From the human T2T-CHM13v2.0 reference genome, Homo sapiens, in assembly GCF_009914755.1 (NCBI RefSeq), contig NC_060925.1: a DNA stretch of 64,000 nt. One strand, 5' to 3'. Both the position numbers and the translations under genes were made by a program. Positions 1-29,145 of the stretch are shown piece by piece (within the stretch, counting starts at the first letter, position 1; every line of letters starts with the position of its first letter). Under the pieces are notes generated by a model that was not told the origin of the DNA, did not search any database, and was given only the letters and a program-made list of their open reading frames with translations.

Positions 1-133
1 TTTTGGAATTTTTTGTAGTGATAAGGTCTTGCTATGTTGTCCAGGCTAATCTCAAACTCCTGGTCTCAAGCAATCCTCCCACCTTAGCCTCCCAAAGCAT
101 TGGGATTACAGGTGTAAGCCACTGTGCCTAGCC
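1..133 (-). mobile_element. Alu left monomer/FLAM (old)
   Basis: Reverse Alu motifs CCTCCCAAAGCATTGGGATTACAGG. Confidence 0.8.
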
Positions 134-344
134 CTGTAAGAGGCTTTAATGGGCAGCTATAGTTTATTGGATGCTTATTATGAGATGAGCATTGGCTAAA
201 TGCTTGACCAGCACTATTTAATCATGGCAAATACCTATGAGATAGGTACCGCTATTATACTTATCTGACATATCAACTACAAACACAGAGAGGTGAAGTA
301 ACTTACAGTCACACATCTACACCTGCTTAAAGAACAGAATAAGA

Positions 345-492
345 GGCCAGGCATGGTGGCTTAATGTCTGTAATCCCAGCACTTTGGAAGGCTGAGGTGG
401 GAGGATTGCTTGAGCCTAGGAGTTCGAGACCAGCCTAGGCAACACAGTGAGACCACATCTGTATTTAAAACAAAACAAAACAAAACAAAACA
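345..492 (+). mobile_element. FLAM-type Alu monomer with (CAAAA)n tail
   Basis: GGCCAGGCATGGTGGCT...TGTAATCCCAGCACTTTGG...GAGTTCGAGACCAGCC. Confidence 0.85.
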
Positions 493-909
493 GAGTAAGG
501 ATAGGAACTCAATTCTGCCTATTCTAACCAACTATAGAATATTTGAGTTTGCTTCTCATCAACATCTCTGCCTAGTGGCAGTCATCCTGCTATTCTTGCA
601 TACCTCACTGCGTGACAAGGTAATCACCTCCTTCATAGCCAGCCCATTCCAGTGGTGGACAGTTCTGGCCCTCAGAAAGTCAGTTCTAATTCTACTGAGC
701 CAAAATTCGCCTCCTCTAGCTATGCTATTTATTCTGGGAGGAAGTGAGAACTACACAAAGACAGCAGCATTTCTCACCCCTTCCCACACTGCAGAGGAAG
801 CACACTTGGGGGAGGCAATTTGGTCCATGCAGAATGCAGCGGAAGTGAGAGTGCCCTGGAGGACAGGAATTGAGTGCTACCCAGGGAAAGGTAAGTGCCA
901 TCTGCTTAC

Positions 910-3900
910 CATAGCCATTGTCCAGGAAGTCAGTGATGAAGCGGGCACTGCAGGGGGACCAGGGCTCCTCAGGATCCACATGAGCCATCACAGGGGCCAT
1001 GACATGGCGAGAGGTGCTCAAAGGCCCATTCAAACTGATGCATGGCTTGGAGTTGTCATGGAGCATGTTGAAGACATGACCTGTGGGAGCAAAGGCCCTG
1101 ATAGGATCTGAGGGTCCCTTCCCCATGCCCTGAGGGACTCCATAATAAATCTGGCTGCAGCTGTGGATGATCAGATCCATTACCCACCTCACCCTGCCCC
1201 CAGTCCTTTCCTTTATGGTACTCTCAGGGCTCCCAGTATGTAGCCCCGTCTCTTTCTCTGTCTCCTCTTCCCCAAAATATACTCAGGGTCCCTCCCTACC
1301 CACTTTTCCTTATAGCCAACATTCCCAACTGTGACCCCACCCATTGTCTCTGACTCCCCCTCCAAATACACACACACAGACACACACACACACACACACA
1401 CACAGAGGAGTTCACAGTAGTTTCGACCAACTAATTTATTTAATAGAAAAATGTAAATGTATGTCTACACCTGGAGCAGAGAGGAGTAATAGCCCTATAC
1501 CTAGGCCTGGGGGAAGAATACCTTGGGACCCCCATTAACACTGTGGTGAACTTGCTACCCCCTCCCCCACCTTCTCCTCCCTAATACCTTTCTCATCCAC
1601 CCCTACTTTACCCAGTTCATGAGCAGCAGTGAAGGCTGACTGGAGCCCATCATCCTCCACAATGGCACAGCTCCGAGCCGGGTCACAGACGGTGCCCACA
1701 TCAGCCATACCCAGCGTGTCGCAAGTGGAGACTCCACACAGGTCCTGTGGAGAGGGATCATAGAAGGTGCATAGACAGCCAAGACACCTGGGTCCATTGG
1801 GTTGAGATCCAGATTCCCGGGGACCTGGGCACTGAGGACCCAGCACTGTCAGGGCCTAGGTAGCCACACATGGCAGTGTGGCTGGGGCAAGGCACCATGT
1901 CACACAACTCCAGGAACATCATTTGCATCATAGTCTATGTAGTGGCGCTTCTTAGAATTGTGCAGTGCATGGCCTGCGGTGCTGACTGGGGCCTCACCTG
2001 ACGGGTAAACAGAATGGCTGTGTCAAAGTGGTCAGGGTCCGAGTCCTCAGGGGTGTTGAGGCCCCGCTGCCAGGCACAGAAGCTGCGCAGGGTCTGGGCA
2101 GCACTGGGCCCCACTTGGGGCCCCTCCTCGCCTGACCCCAGGATCACTAGCCGAGTCACCACCAAGCTGACAGGATTGCGGATGCTTGGGTGCTTGAAGG
2201 CCTTGGCTGCTGCTGCCATCACTGTTAGCAGGTAGCGCTTTAGCCCCGCACCGTGGAATGCGGCCATCTTGTCATCTGCCACCACCAGTGTCTCCACAAA
2301 TCTACTCAGTGAAGCAAAGCGCTGTAGAGAAAAAGGGAGAGGAAGATCCTGAAATAGCCTCTCAGACCCATGGGTCGGTCGATTCTCCAATCCCTCACTT
2401 CCTGGGTCTGGAACTCAGCATAGTCAGCTGGGCCCCACACACCCCACGGGATTCCTGACTCCTGGCGGGTCTTGGTTGGGCCCTTCCCCCAACGCCAAAT
2501 CTCAGGGCTTTTGTGGTAACTCTGAGGAGTCAGCAGCTGGTTCTAAGAAGGGGAGGAGAAGGGGACGCCACATCCCAGGGCTGCGGGAGCCCCAGAGGTG
2601 AAAGCAGCCTGGACTGCCGTCAGGAGGGACTTTGGGGTTCTCCAGGCCTGAGTGTGGCTGGGGCCTATGGGACCAGGGCTAGAGGGCTGGGCTGCAACGT
2701 GTCTGCCCTGTGTGGTTGGAGGAACGATTCAGTCAGCAGCTAGGGCCAGGGCCAGAGCTCAGCGTGGCGGTTGTGGAGGGAGCGTCTGGTCTGGATTAAA
2801 GCTAGAGAGGGAGGAGGGAGGAGGGAAGGGAAGAAGGGGGAGACCAGGAGTGGGAGGGAGGAAAGGATGGAGCCTCAGGCAGCCTCGCAGTCCGGCCACA
2901 GTGTGTGAAGGGGATTGACCAGAAGGAGGTATGGGATACCCTCCCTCTCTTGCCACTCCTGCCCTAGTTTGCAGTTTGCCACAGTGATTTTAAAGGCAGC
3001 ATCAGAAGCCAGACACCAAGCCCTAGGGCCTCAAACCTGACTCCTATAGCTGGGAGTGGGGGATGAAAATCAAATTTGGAGCAGAGAAAAGAGCCAAGGC
3101 CAAGGGGCTGTTAGGAGACCTTTACTGCTGGGGACTGTGTCAGTAGGAGATGCCATGGCCAGGAAGGGGTGGGGTGGGGAGAGGGAGCAGTTATTCCCAG
3201 CCCAGAGTCTGTGACCCACCTCTGAGAACCCTCGGTGGGTCTGGCTAGGAGAAGGGTGAAGGGGAGAGGCCTGAGCCTTACCAAGAAAGGAGGCTCATGG
3301 AGAAAGGAAAGGCAGGCAGAAGGGAGGGAAGCAGAACGGCCAGAAGTGGAAGTGGGTGGAGAGAGGGTGAATAGGGGTCAGTAGGACAGACATGGCGGGA
3401 GGACACCGCAGGACACAGACTCCAGAGATGCCTACCTTGGCTCTTCGGGGTCTGGGGCTGGGGCTTCCAAGAGGAGCCTTGACGTTGCACATGGGACCTT
3501 GACCGCTGGCAGGACTCTTCCGGCGTAGGATGTGAGCCCCAGGTCCCCCAGCAGAGTTAGGGGTGCCTCCCTCCAGGGGCTGGAGGTGGAGTTCAGCCCC
3601 CCGATATTGTAACACGCCTAACAGGGCTCCCCCATCCCAGTGCAGAGATGCCACCGACTCCGGATCTCCATTGATGGTGCCAGTCAGGTAGGTGCCAGGC
3701 TCTGCTCCACCCAGCAGCTCAGGCGCCTGGCCCAGGTACTGCACTGTCAGCCCCTCGACCTGCACACCGGAGTCCTGCTCCAGCTCTAGTAGCAGCGTCT
3801 CCCCAAAGGCCTGCAAGCGGCACAACAGCCTGGCAGGGGCGCCCGAGCCAGGCAGGACGCTGCCGTTGAGCTTCTCTGGAAACACGATCTCCTCCTCCCG

Positions 3901-4068
3901 GGGGAGGGGGCTGGCCAGCCGGGCTGAGGGCAGGAGAGAGGCCAGCAGTAGCAGAAGCAGCCACACCAGCCAGGAGAGCGGCACAATGGGGAGCAGGAGG
4001 CAGGGTTGGGCTCCCCACAGCCAGCGCCCTGCCAAGCCCCTCCCGGGATGCGAGCCTGTCTGGGACAT
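910..4068 (-). CDS. ADAMTS4: ADAMTS4 (aggrecanase-1), coding exons 1-4; gene continues beyond the left edge
   Basis: Exons 4068-3436, 2321-1998, 1744-1612, 1080-910, all GT-AG. Translation [16 protein letters not shown]...; furin site RPRRAK|RF split by intron 1; zinc motif [11 protein letters not shown] split across exons 3/4; Met-turn HVMAP. Confidence 0.99.
1368..1404. repeat. (CA)n microsatellite in ADAMTS4 intron 3
   Basis: Direct reading; one GA interruption. Confidence 0.95.
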
Positions 4069-4495
4069 GGCACTGGTACTGCAGCTGGGAGGGACTGAGG
4101 CCGTCTAGGGCACCAAGTCCTCCACACCCTAGCTTTGGAAAGCTCCTCTCTGTAGCCTGGGGGCTTGGACTCCTGCCAAGGTCAGAGGCAAAGTTTTCAG
4201 AAGGGCTGAGGACCGTTAAAGGAAATGGAGAAAACTTAGTCCTTGGGCTTGGGAGAGGTGCCCAGGGGTCTGGCTTCTCCAAACTCTCCTCCTGAGCCCT
4301 CCTTTCCTGGATCTTTGTCTCTCCCTGCCTGTGTCTTCTGCAGCTTCTCTGGCCTCTCCCTCTGTAGGACTCTGTCTGGGCCGCTTCTGTGCCTGCCCTG
4401 TCTCTGCCTTCTTCCGCTGTGCCTTTGTCTCTGTCTCTTTCCTCCTCTGTCTCTCTCGTGCATATGTGTCTGTGGGTCTCCCTGTGGGTTCTCCC

Positions 4496-4650
4496 CAGCC
4501 TCTCTCCGCGCCAGCTCTTTTAAGCATGGTGAGCCTCTGCGATTGATTGGCTGATCTCTAAGCCACTCAGCTGAGCTCTGTCGGTGGGACTCAGATGGGT
4601 GTATCATCGCTTCCCAAAAAAATGGGACTTGCCCAGGGGAGGGGAATCTC
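4496..4650 (-). promoter_or_regulatory. ADAMTS4: ADAMTS4 proximal promoter (TSS about 4496)
   Basis: Minus-strand CTTAAAA TATA-like element at about 4517-4524, CCAATCAATC at 4541-4550, NF-kB-like GGGGAATCTC at 4641-4650. The TSS is inferred from the recalled mRNA 5' end. Confidence 0.55.
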
Positions 4651-4749
4651 TAGCAGCCGAATGGATAATAGGCACTGGGCCAGCTGATGACATAGCCTTT
4701 TCCCAAACCCCACAATCAGCCCTCAGCTGTCTCTTTCCCTTTTTGGTGG

Positions 4750-4964
4750 GACAGAGCCCCAGGAGAGGCAGAGAGTGAGGGAAAGGGCCTGGCCGGCATG
4801 CACAGATAGGATCACGGTCCTGGGAGAATTCCTGCTCTTATAGTCTAACCTACCATGGCTTCTCTTTTCTCAAGGCTCCCTCATGCTGCCCTTTGGCCCT
4901 AGTGGCTGGTTTCCAGGGCTGAGGGGACTGAGTGAGCTGCCTGAGAAAAGAGGGTAGGGAACAG
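4750..4964 (+). other. NDUFS2: Distal non-coding first exon of the long NDUFS2 transcript, splicing to the acceptor at 7588
   Basis: Strong donor CAG|GTAAGG after 4964; acceptor ttttcccttgctcgctcctag|A at 7588, 239 nt before the ATG. Consistent with my recollection of the long RefSeq isoform. The 5' boundary is approximate. Confidence 0.6.
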
Positions 4965-7439
4965 GTAAGGAGGCATCAAGAGGGAAGAACAAATAAAAGA
5001 GGTAGCTTGACATGGCTCAGGATAGAACTGAGCAGCTGGGAAGAGTAAAAAAGGCAGAACATTGGGGGAGGCAAGGAGACAGTGATCAGGGAGTTGACTG
5101 CCCAAAGGTAGGATGATCCTGCTTGGAATGAACATAACAGAGGCGGCAGATGACAAGGCAGGAGGGGTTAACGACTTTTCCTTTTATAGAAGGCGGATCC
5201 AGGGTGGCACCTCCTCTTTTCTAACGTCCCTTCTCTCCCTCAGGATCCCCCTTCCTGAGTTACCACTACCCACCCCCTCCAAAGCCCAGAACAGCCATTC
5301 CGCCTCCATTTCCCCCCAGGGTTCCCCCTCCCCACTTCCTGACTCCCCATTTCCCTGGCCCAGCTCCCAGTAGCTTCCCCCAGGCTTTTGGCCCTGCTCC
5401 TACCCACTCCCAACTGCCCTAAACCCTCCCCCAGCCTCAAGTCAGCCAGCCCCCAGCATAGGCAAGACTTGCTCTCAGGAACCCAGATTCACCCAGTATC
5501 AATCTGGGAGAATCCCCACCTGGCTCCCACCATCCACCCCACCTTGCTCTGAGAACCCAGTGGTTCCTGGAATATCTAGTCATCTTTTCTTTTTAATTCT
5601 CCCTGGGGCAGGGAGAGGGTGGAGACAGCATTGTGCATATAGGGAAATTAGGGTACTGGGAGAAATCCATTGCCTGGGGTGGGGAAAGTGGCTGGGGAGG
5701 AAGAGGTGGTGTTAGGGAAAGGAAGCAAATTATTCCTTTGGCTTTGGATAGGAGGGAACTCGGAAAAGAGGTCTTGGGTATGAACTCTCAAGGCAAGGAA
5801 GGGTTCAGAAGTAGGGGCAATTTCTGCTCACCCCATCCTCTGGCTGCTTGTTTCCCCAGGAAATCCCCAGGAAGGAGAGTGCAGTCAGCAGTCTCTTTCC
5901 TTTCCCAGAAGTGGACCACCTCCTCTTGCCTCTATTCCCCTATTCACTCTGCTTTGTCACCTCCTGTCCCCCGCATATCATATCCGTCAGAATACTTCCT
6001 TTCCCCCTCCCTTCCTGCTCAGGTCGGTAATACCTGCCCTGGTGCCTATCACTTCCTGGATCACCCACCCCCTTGTGACTGCCAGACCCACCTCTTGACC
6101 CACCACTTGCCTGACCCTGGTTCTAAGCCAACGGGGCTGGGACTAGAGGAGTCGGACAAAGGGTGGGAGACCAGAAGGGGCAGGGGCAAGAGGAGCTATC
6201 ACCAGAGAACTCTACTGCCCCTTTCCACTCCCCTATTTGAGATGAGGACAAAGGGGGTGACTAAGCAATGAAAGACAAAGGGCTTTAGAGTGGCTGCAGC
6301 AGTGTGTGTGGGGGTGTTGGCAGCAGGGAGAAGGCACAAAAGCTGCAGTGTCCTAGGCAGCCCCTCAGGAGCCCCCCACCCCAGTCCCAGCTCAAGCTGC
6401 CTCCAGGGCCAAGCAGCCCAAAGTCTATCCTGACTTCTCCCAGGCTGGATCAAGGCAAATAAATGCAGTCCTTCCCATCCCCCACCACCATGGCCACATT
6501 TGCTGTGTTTCAACAATAGAAAGAAGGCCCAGGGAAAGAGCAAGGAATGAGGACAACAGAGGGACCAAACCTCTGCCCTGGCTCTGTGGCAGCTGCCTTG
6601 TCTAGCCCAGGTCCTGGTCAGTTCCCACAGCTAAGGATCTGGCCCCACCCTTTGGTACAGTTCCCATTAGGTCAATTCCCAGGCCAGAAGTCTGGCTTTC
6701 CCCTCTTTCTCTGCAGTGAAGAATTCCACCATCTCTGCTTCCTGGTCTGTCTGCCTCACCCTGCTGCGCTGCTGGTGGGCTGTGTCCCTGGGATCCTGTC
6801 TAGGGGATATCTGGGGAAGGCCTCTTTCCAGGCTCAGAGTTGGAGAGTTGTACAAACTCTACGGGTGGGTGGCCCAGCTGGAGTTGGGCTTAGAGGCAGA
6901 GGGAGAAAACAGGAACTAGCCTCTAAGGCTGGAAGAATCTTTGTCCATACAGAATTGTGATCAGACTCCTGGTGCTACTACATTTCCGTGCTGTTGGCCA
7001 TTACCCAGGAGGGCTATAGCAGGGTCAGAAAGACGTTAGGGAAAAGAGGCTGACGCAAGACGGAAGTGGGGTGTGAGGCATCTCTAAGGGCGCTTCCTGG
7101 GTCTGTGATTCTGTAGGTTCGGGAAGCCTGGAGGATGTCAGGGTCACCCACAGAGGACCTCCACTCCCCCATCTGGGATGAGGTGGCTCCTACACACCCC
7201 GACACTCCCCTCCGCACCACCAATGCCGGCGGCCTTGGCATCCTATTCTTTTTTGTTTTGGTTTGGCGGGAGCTCTCAGACCCGCCCAGCCCCACTTAGG
7301 CTCCTTTCTCCAATCTCAATTTATGACATCTGGAAATTAGCTGGCTTTCCCAACTCCTGTCTTTTGGATTCAGTGATGGGAAAGTAATTGGCAAAGCCTG
7401 GGGCTACCCTATAAGGGCAGGGCTCAGATACAATCCGAG

Positions 7440-19635
<12,196 letters not shown>

Positions 19636-19708
19636 GCAGGGGAGCAGCGTTTGATCCCCCCTGCCTATCAGCTTCTTCTGTGGAGCCTGTTCCTCACTGG
19701 AAATTGGC

Positions 19709-19711
<3 letters not shown>

Positions 19712-19752
<41 letters not shown>
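19712..19752 (+). repeat. (TG)20 microsatellite in the NDUFS2 3'UTR
   Basis: Direct reading. Confidence 0.95.
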
Positions 19753-19756
<4 letters not shown>

Positions 19757-19812
19757 TCATGTACACTTGGCTGTCAGGCTTTCTGTGCATGTACTAAAAA
19801 AGGAGAAATTAT

Positions 19813-19818
19813 AATAAA
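19813..19818 (+). terminator. NDUFS2: NDUFS2 polyadenylation signal
   Basis: AATAAA about 180 nt after the stop codon. Confidence 0.8.
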
Positions 19819-20182
19819 TTAGCCGTCTTGCGGCCCCTAGGCCTAAACTTCTGGTATCTTAGTGTCTCAGTATCTTAGTGTCCTTCACTCGGACTGTAAA
19901 CCTAAGAATGTTCATTAACCCTCCATTCCTGTTAGATTCAGTCAGGTCTTAGCAATTTTTCCTGCTCGTCTCCACCCCCTTCTCTGACTCTTGTCCTTTC
20001 CACTTCTCTATTCCCCATTTCCTCTTTCGCCTCAGTTCCCTCCTTGCCCAAACCTTCTCAGTGCCCACATAACTTGGTAAACCACTCAAATCAAGACCTG
20101 GGGTAAAGTTGGGAGGGAAAGGGCTATAGTGGGGTCTGAGGGAATGTTGACGGGCAGTTTCACACAGATAAATCTCTGAACC

Positions 20183-20480
20183 AGCCGGGCGCAGTGCCTC
20201 ACGCCTGTAATCCCAGCACTTTGGGAGGCCGAGGCGGATGGATCACCTGAGATCAGGAGTTCAAGACCAGCCTGATCAACATGGAGAAACCCCATCTCTA
20301 CTAAAAATACAAAATTAGCCGGGCGTGGTGGTGCATGCCTGTAATGCCAGCTACTCGGGAGGCTGAGAGAATCGCTTGAACCTGGGAGGCGGAGGTTGCG
20401 GTGAGCCGAGATGGCGCCATTGCACTCCAGCCTGGGCAACAAAGCAAGAGTCCGTCTCAAAAAAAAAAAAAAAAAAAAAA
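20183..20480 (+). mobile_element. AluSp-like between NDUFS2 and FCER1G
   Basis: Full dimer with TSD-like AAATCTCTGAACCAG/AAATCTGAACCAG flanks. Confidence 0.88.
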
Positions 20481-20619
20481 ATCTGAACCAGGTGGAGTGG
20501 AAAATGGCAGATGTAGACAGCCTTTCCTGAGCGTGAGAGTCTCCTCATTCTGTGGGTTAGGAGTTGGTCATTGAAGGGCTGACGCTTAAGAGCCCAGATC
20601 TCCCAACTCCCTTAGTTGG

Positions 20620-20773
20620 CCCTTCCGGGAGCCGCCCGGTCTCTTGTGCAGGAAGGGGAAGGGGCCAAAGCATGGGGGAAGGCGTGGCAGGAAGAGGGGG
20701 ACTCTGTGGTCAGGGAACTGCTCGCTGAGCACAGCTGCACAGTGCTGTCAGAACGGCCGATCTCCAGCCCAAG
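20620..20773 (+). promoter_or_regulatory. FCER1G: FCER1G TATA-less promoter with ETS and GC-box motifs
   Basis: TTCCGG, two CAGGAAG and GCCGCCC immediately upstream of exon 1. Confidence 0.55.
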
Positions 20774-24398
<3,625 letters not shown>

Positions 24399-24678
24399 CT
24401 TTAGAATAGATGCGGTCATATTCTTCTTTGGCTTCTGGTTCTTCCAGCCCTCATGGTTGGCATCACATATGCCTGCATGCCATTAACACCAGCTGGCCCT
24501 ACCCCTATAATGATCCTGTGTCCTAAATTAATATACACCAGTGGTTCCTCCTCCCTGTTAAAGACTAATGCTCAGATGCTGTTTACGGATATTTATATTC
24601 TAGTCTCACTCTCTTGTCCCACCCTTCTTCTCTTCCCCATTCCCAACTCCAGCTAAAATATGGGAAGGGAGAACCCCC

Positions 24679-24684
24679 AATAAA
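24679..24684 (+). terminator. FCER1G: FCER1G polyadenylation signal
   Basis: AATAAA about 280 nt after the stop codon. Confidence 0.8.
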
Positions 24685-25712
24685 ACTGCCATGGACTGGA
24701 CTCTATTCATTCATTCATTCATTTATCATAGATTTATTCAGTCTCTGCTAAGCACTAGATACAGCTTTTCAGTTCCAGAACTCACAGTCTAATGGACTTC
24801 AGAGCTATTTTGCTCGACTGAGGGATAAATGCTGACTATGGCTGGGGGAGGGATAAAAACCTTTGACCTGTAGGTGCTCTGAGGATGGAGCTGGAGCAGG
24901 GACTAGTGTGTTGGGAGTCTAGGCATATTTGGAAACATAAGAAATGACTTCTGTATCAGCATGGCCTTCTGTGTTCGACAATTGAACCAAGGTTGGGTTG
25001 TAGGGGAGCCTGGGTGTCCCCAGATGGCCACCAATCCAGACAGCATCAATCCAGTACATGCATATGGGAATTAGCATAGCTGAAAAGCCAAATATGCAGA
25101 ACGGATGGTGTAACTAGGGCTGAGTGAAGCTCCTAATGGAAGGTTTTATAGCAACAGTGAATTTTCAGGGCATCTGGGGCAAGTGGGACCTTAGAGGGCC
25201 AGATGGGTCAGTGGTAGGTAAGGCAAAGGGAAATAAGTTGGGTCCAAATGGGGGGGTCATCTCCTTCAAGTGCATGGGTGGTGGTCAAGGCCCTGTCAAT
25301 GCCTGTCCTGTTTTCAGAGCTACGAGGAATATTTGCCTGAAAGAATTTAAACCTCAGGAGATGCTGCCAGTCCTACTTGTGACCCAGTCTTTTCAGAATG
25401 GGTCTAGAGACTCCAAGCTTACCCCTGGCATAACCCCCAACCTCCACAGTGCTGCACAACACTTCACACTGCATAGTGACTTACACTTTTCAAAGTATTT
25501 TCCAGCTCATTGTACCATTTGATCTGCTAATTAACCCTGTGAGGAAATTCAGGCTCTTTGAAGTTAATTAACCTGTCCAAGGTCACCTTGCAAGGAACCG
25601 ACTGAGATCACTTTCGTCTCTGCACATTTTGCCACATGAGAAGAAGCAGATATTGGGAAAGAGAAGGGGTAGTGAGTAATCATGAATGGCGAGGGTCTTG
25701 AAGGCCAGATGA

Positions 25713-27425
<1,713 letters not shown>

Positions 27426-27762
27426 CAGGGTACCCTCATTTTCTATGACCTCCAGAAATCGAGGGATTCAGTTTGTGAATCCTTCCTTCCTCTCCTAGTT
27501 CCTTGTGCAATGCAAAGCCTCTTTAGTGTTCACCTGCAGAGTCGTGCCCAGGCTGTAGGAGACTCTGGGTTTGGAGAATCATGGCACCCTCATCCTGTCA
27601 TTTTCATCAGTTGTGTCTTCAATCCTTTCTTCACCCCTCCACACTCAAACCTCTCTCCTTCTAGAAGCAGATTTTTCCTTTTCCTTCCTCTTCTCCTCCC
27701 TTACTCCCCTACTTTTCCCAGTCCCCCAAACATACCAGGCTCAGAGCTGGATTCATTCAGCA

Positions 27763-27768
27763 TTTATT
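27763..27768 (-). terminator. APOA2: APOA2 polyadenylation signal
   Basis: TTTATT on + (AATAAA on -), about 95 nt past the stop codon. Confidence 0.8.
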
Positions 27769-27860
27769 GTAGCAAAGAGTGGGTAGGGACAGGAGCTCTA
27801 GGACTGGCCAGTGGGTGTTCTAGAGGCCAGCTGGGGTTGGAAGACAATGGTCTGGACACT

Positions 27861-28509
27861 TCACTGGGTGGCAGGCTGTGTTCCAAGTTCCACGAAATAG
27901 CTCAAGAAGTTAACCAGTTCCGTTCCAGCCTTCTTGATCAGGGGTGTCAGCTGCTCCTTTGACTTTTCAAAGTAAGACCTGGATAGGTGAGGGGATTAGA
28001 GTTTAATCTGAGGGACCCTAGGCACTGGCAGGGGCCTTGGTGGTGGTGGGAGGTCAGAGCAGACTGACTCAGGTCCCCAAACTCTAGTGCCTGGTCCATC
28101 GCATGGCAAAGCCCCTAGGTAGGAATAGAGTCAAGACCTTTGCTAGGTAGAGGGACAGACTCTAGAGACTGAAATTCAAGGCCCAGTTCTTGCTGTTCCT
28201 CTCTATCTAAGAGACGTGTGGGATCTTTGGGTGATGAAATACTTTTTCTCTGCAATTTAAGCCTAATCTGCCCTAATCCCCACCCCTGGGTTCAGACTTC
28301 TGTGGGACCTCTCATCTTCCCTTCTTTCTCTCCACAGTTCCACAGCCCCTGAACCCCTTGCCCTGAGACTTACTTGGCCTCGGCCTGAAGCTCTGGGCTC
28401 TTGACCTTCTCCATCAGGTCCTTGCCATAGTCAGTCACGGTCTGGAAGTACTGAGAAACCAGGCTCTCCACACATGGCTCCTTTGCCTGTCTCCGAACCA
28501 AAGCTCCTG

Positions 28510-28550
<41 letters not shown>

Positions 28551-28851
28551 CAGCTGGGTCCACAGCAGTGAATCCTGGCCTCCTGCCATACCTCTGCCAG
28601 TACCCACCCCAGCTCTCTGCCCCCTCCCCAAAAAGGTATCCAGCCAGATCTTTGGATGGGCTTTCTGGGCTTTAGAGAGGGAATGATCTTCCTTTTGAGC
28701 CCTTTGGTTGCCAGACCTGGATATAAGAGCACAGGCAGATAGGTAGCTATAACCACCAGCACATTCTCCCTTTTGGCCCCCTCTCCATATCACACCCACC
28801 TTCAAGGCTGCAGATGGTGAGGAGTAGCACAGTTGCTGCGAGCAGCTTCAT
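27861..28851 (-). CDS. APOA2: Apolipoprotein A-II precursor, 100 aa
   Basis: Coding exons 28851-28800, 28506-28374, 27978-27861 (303 nt): [100 protein letters not shown]. Non-coding exon 1 at about 29078-29045; exon 2 starts at 28875. Confidence 0.99.
28513..28544 (-). repeat. APOA2: (GT)16 microsatellite at the APOA2 intron 2 acceptor
   Basis: (AC)16 on +; reads (GT)16GGGCAG|exon 3 on -. Confidence 0.97.
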
Positions 28852-29078
28852 GTTGGTAACAGTGGGGAGGGCGGCCTAGGAAGAGGGTGGTGGGGGTTTG
28901 GGGGACACTGAAGCCAAATGGGCTTCAGCTCCTCCCCAGGGATCTCCCTACCTGCTGCCCATTCCAACCTGGCTCTCTCCCTCTCCACAACTGAAGCCCA
29001 GGCCTCTTTGGATGCTGCTCACACATCTTGCCTCCTTATCTTACCTAGCCAGCGTCTCTGTCCTTGGTGTCTGTGCCT

Positions 29079-29145
29079 GCCCTGGCTGGAGAGGAAGGGG
29101 CTATATACCTGTCTGTTTACCCACCCCCTGTCAGGTGACAGGGAC
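29079..29145 (-). promoter_or_regulatory. APOA2: APOA2 core promoter
   Basis: TATATA at 29102-29107, forkhead-type TGTTTAC at 29114-29120, E-box GTCACCTGA at about 29130-29139. Confidence 0.8.

Noticed and set aside
410-1111. 233-aa + strand ORF
   Set aside because: Starts at a non-ATG codon within an Alu monomer and ends as the antisense shadow of ADAMTS4 exon 4; no recognisable domain.
5633-6271. 212-aa + strand ORF upstream of NDUFS2
   Set aside because: GTG start, low-complexity G/P/S-rich content expected in GC-rich promoter DNA, no coding-type codon bias.
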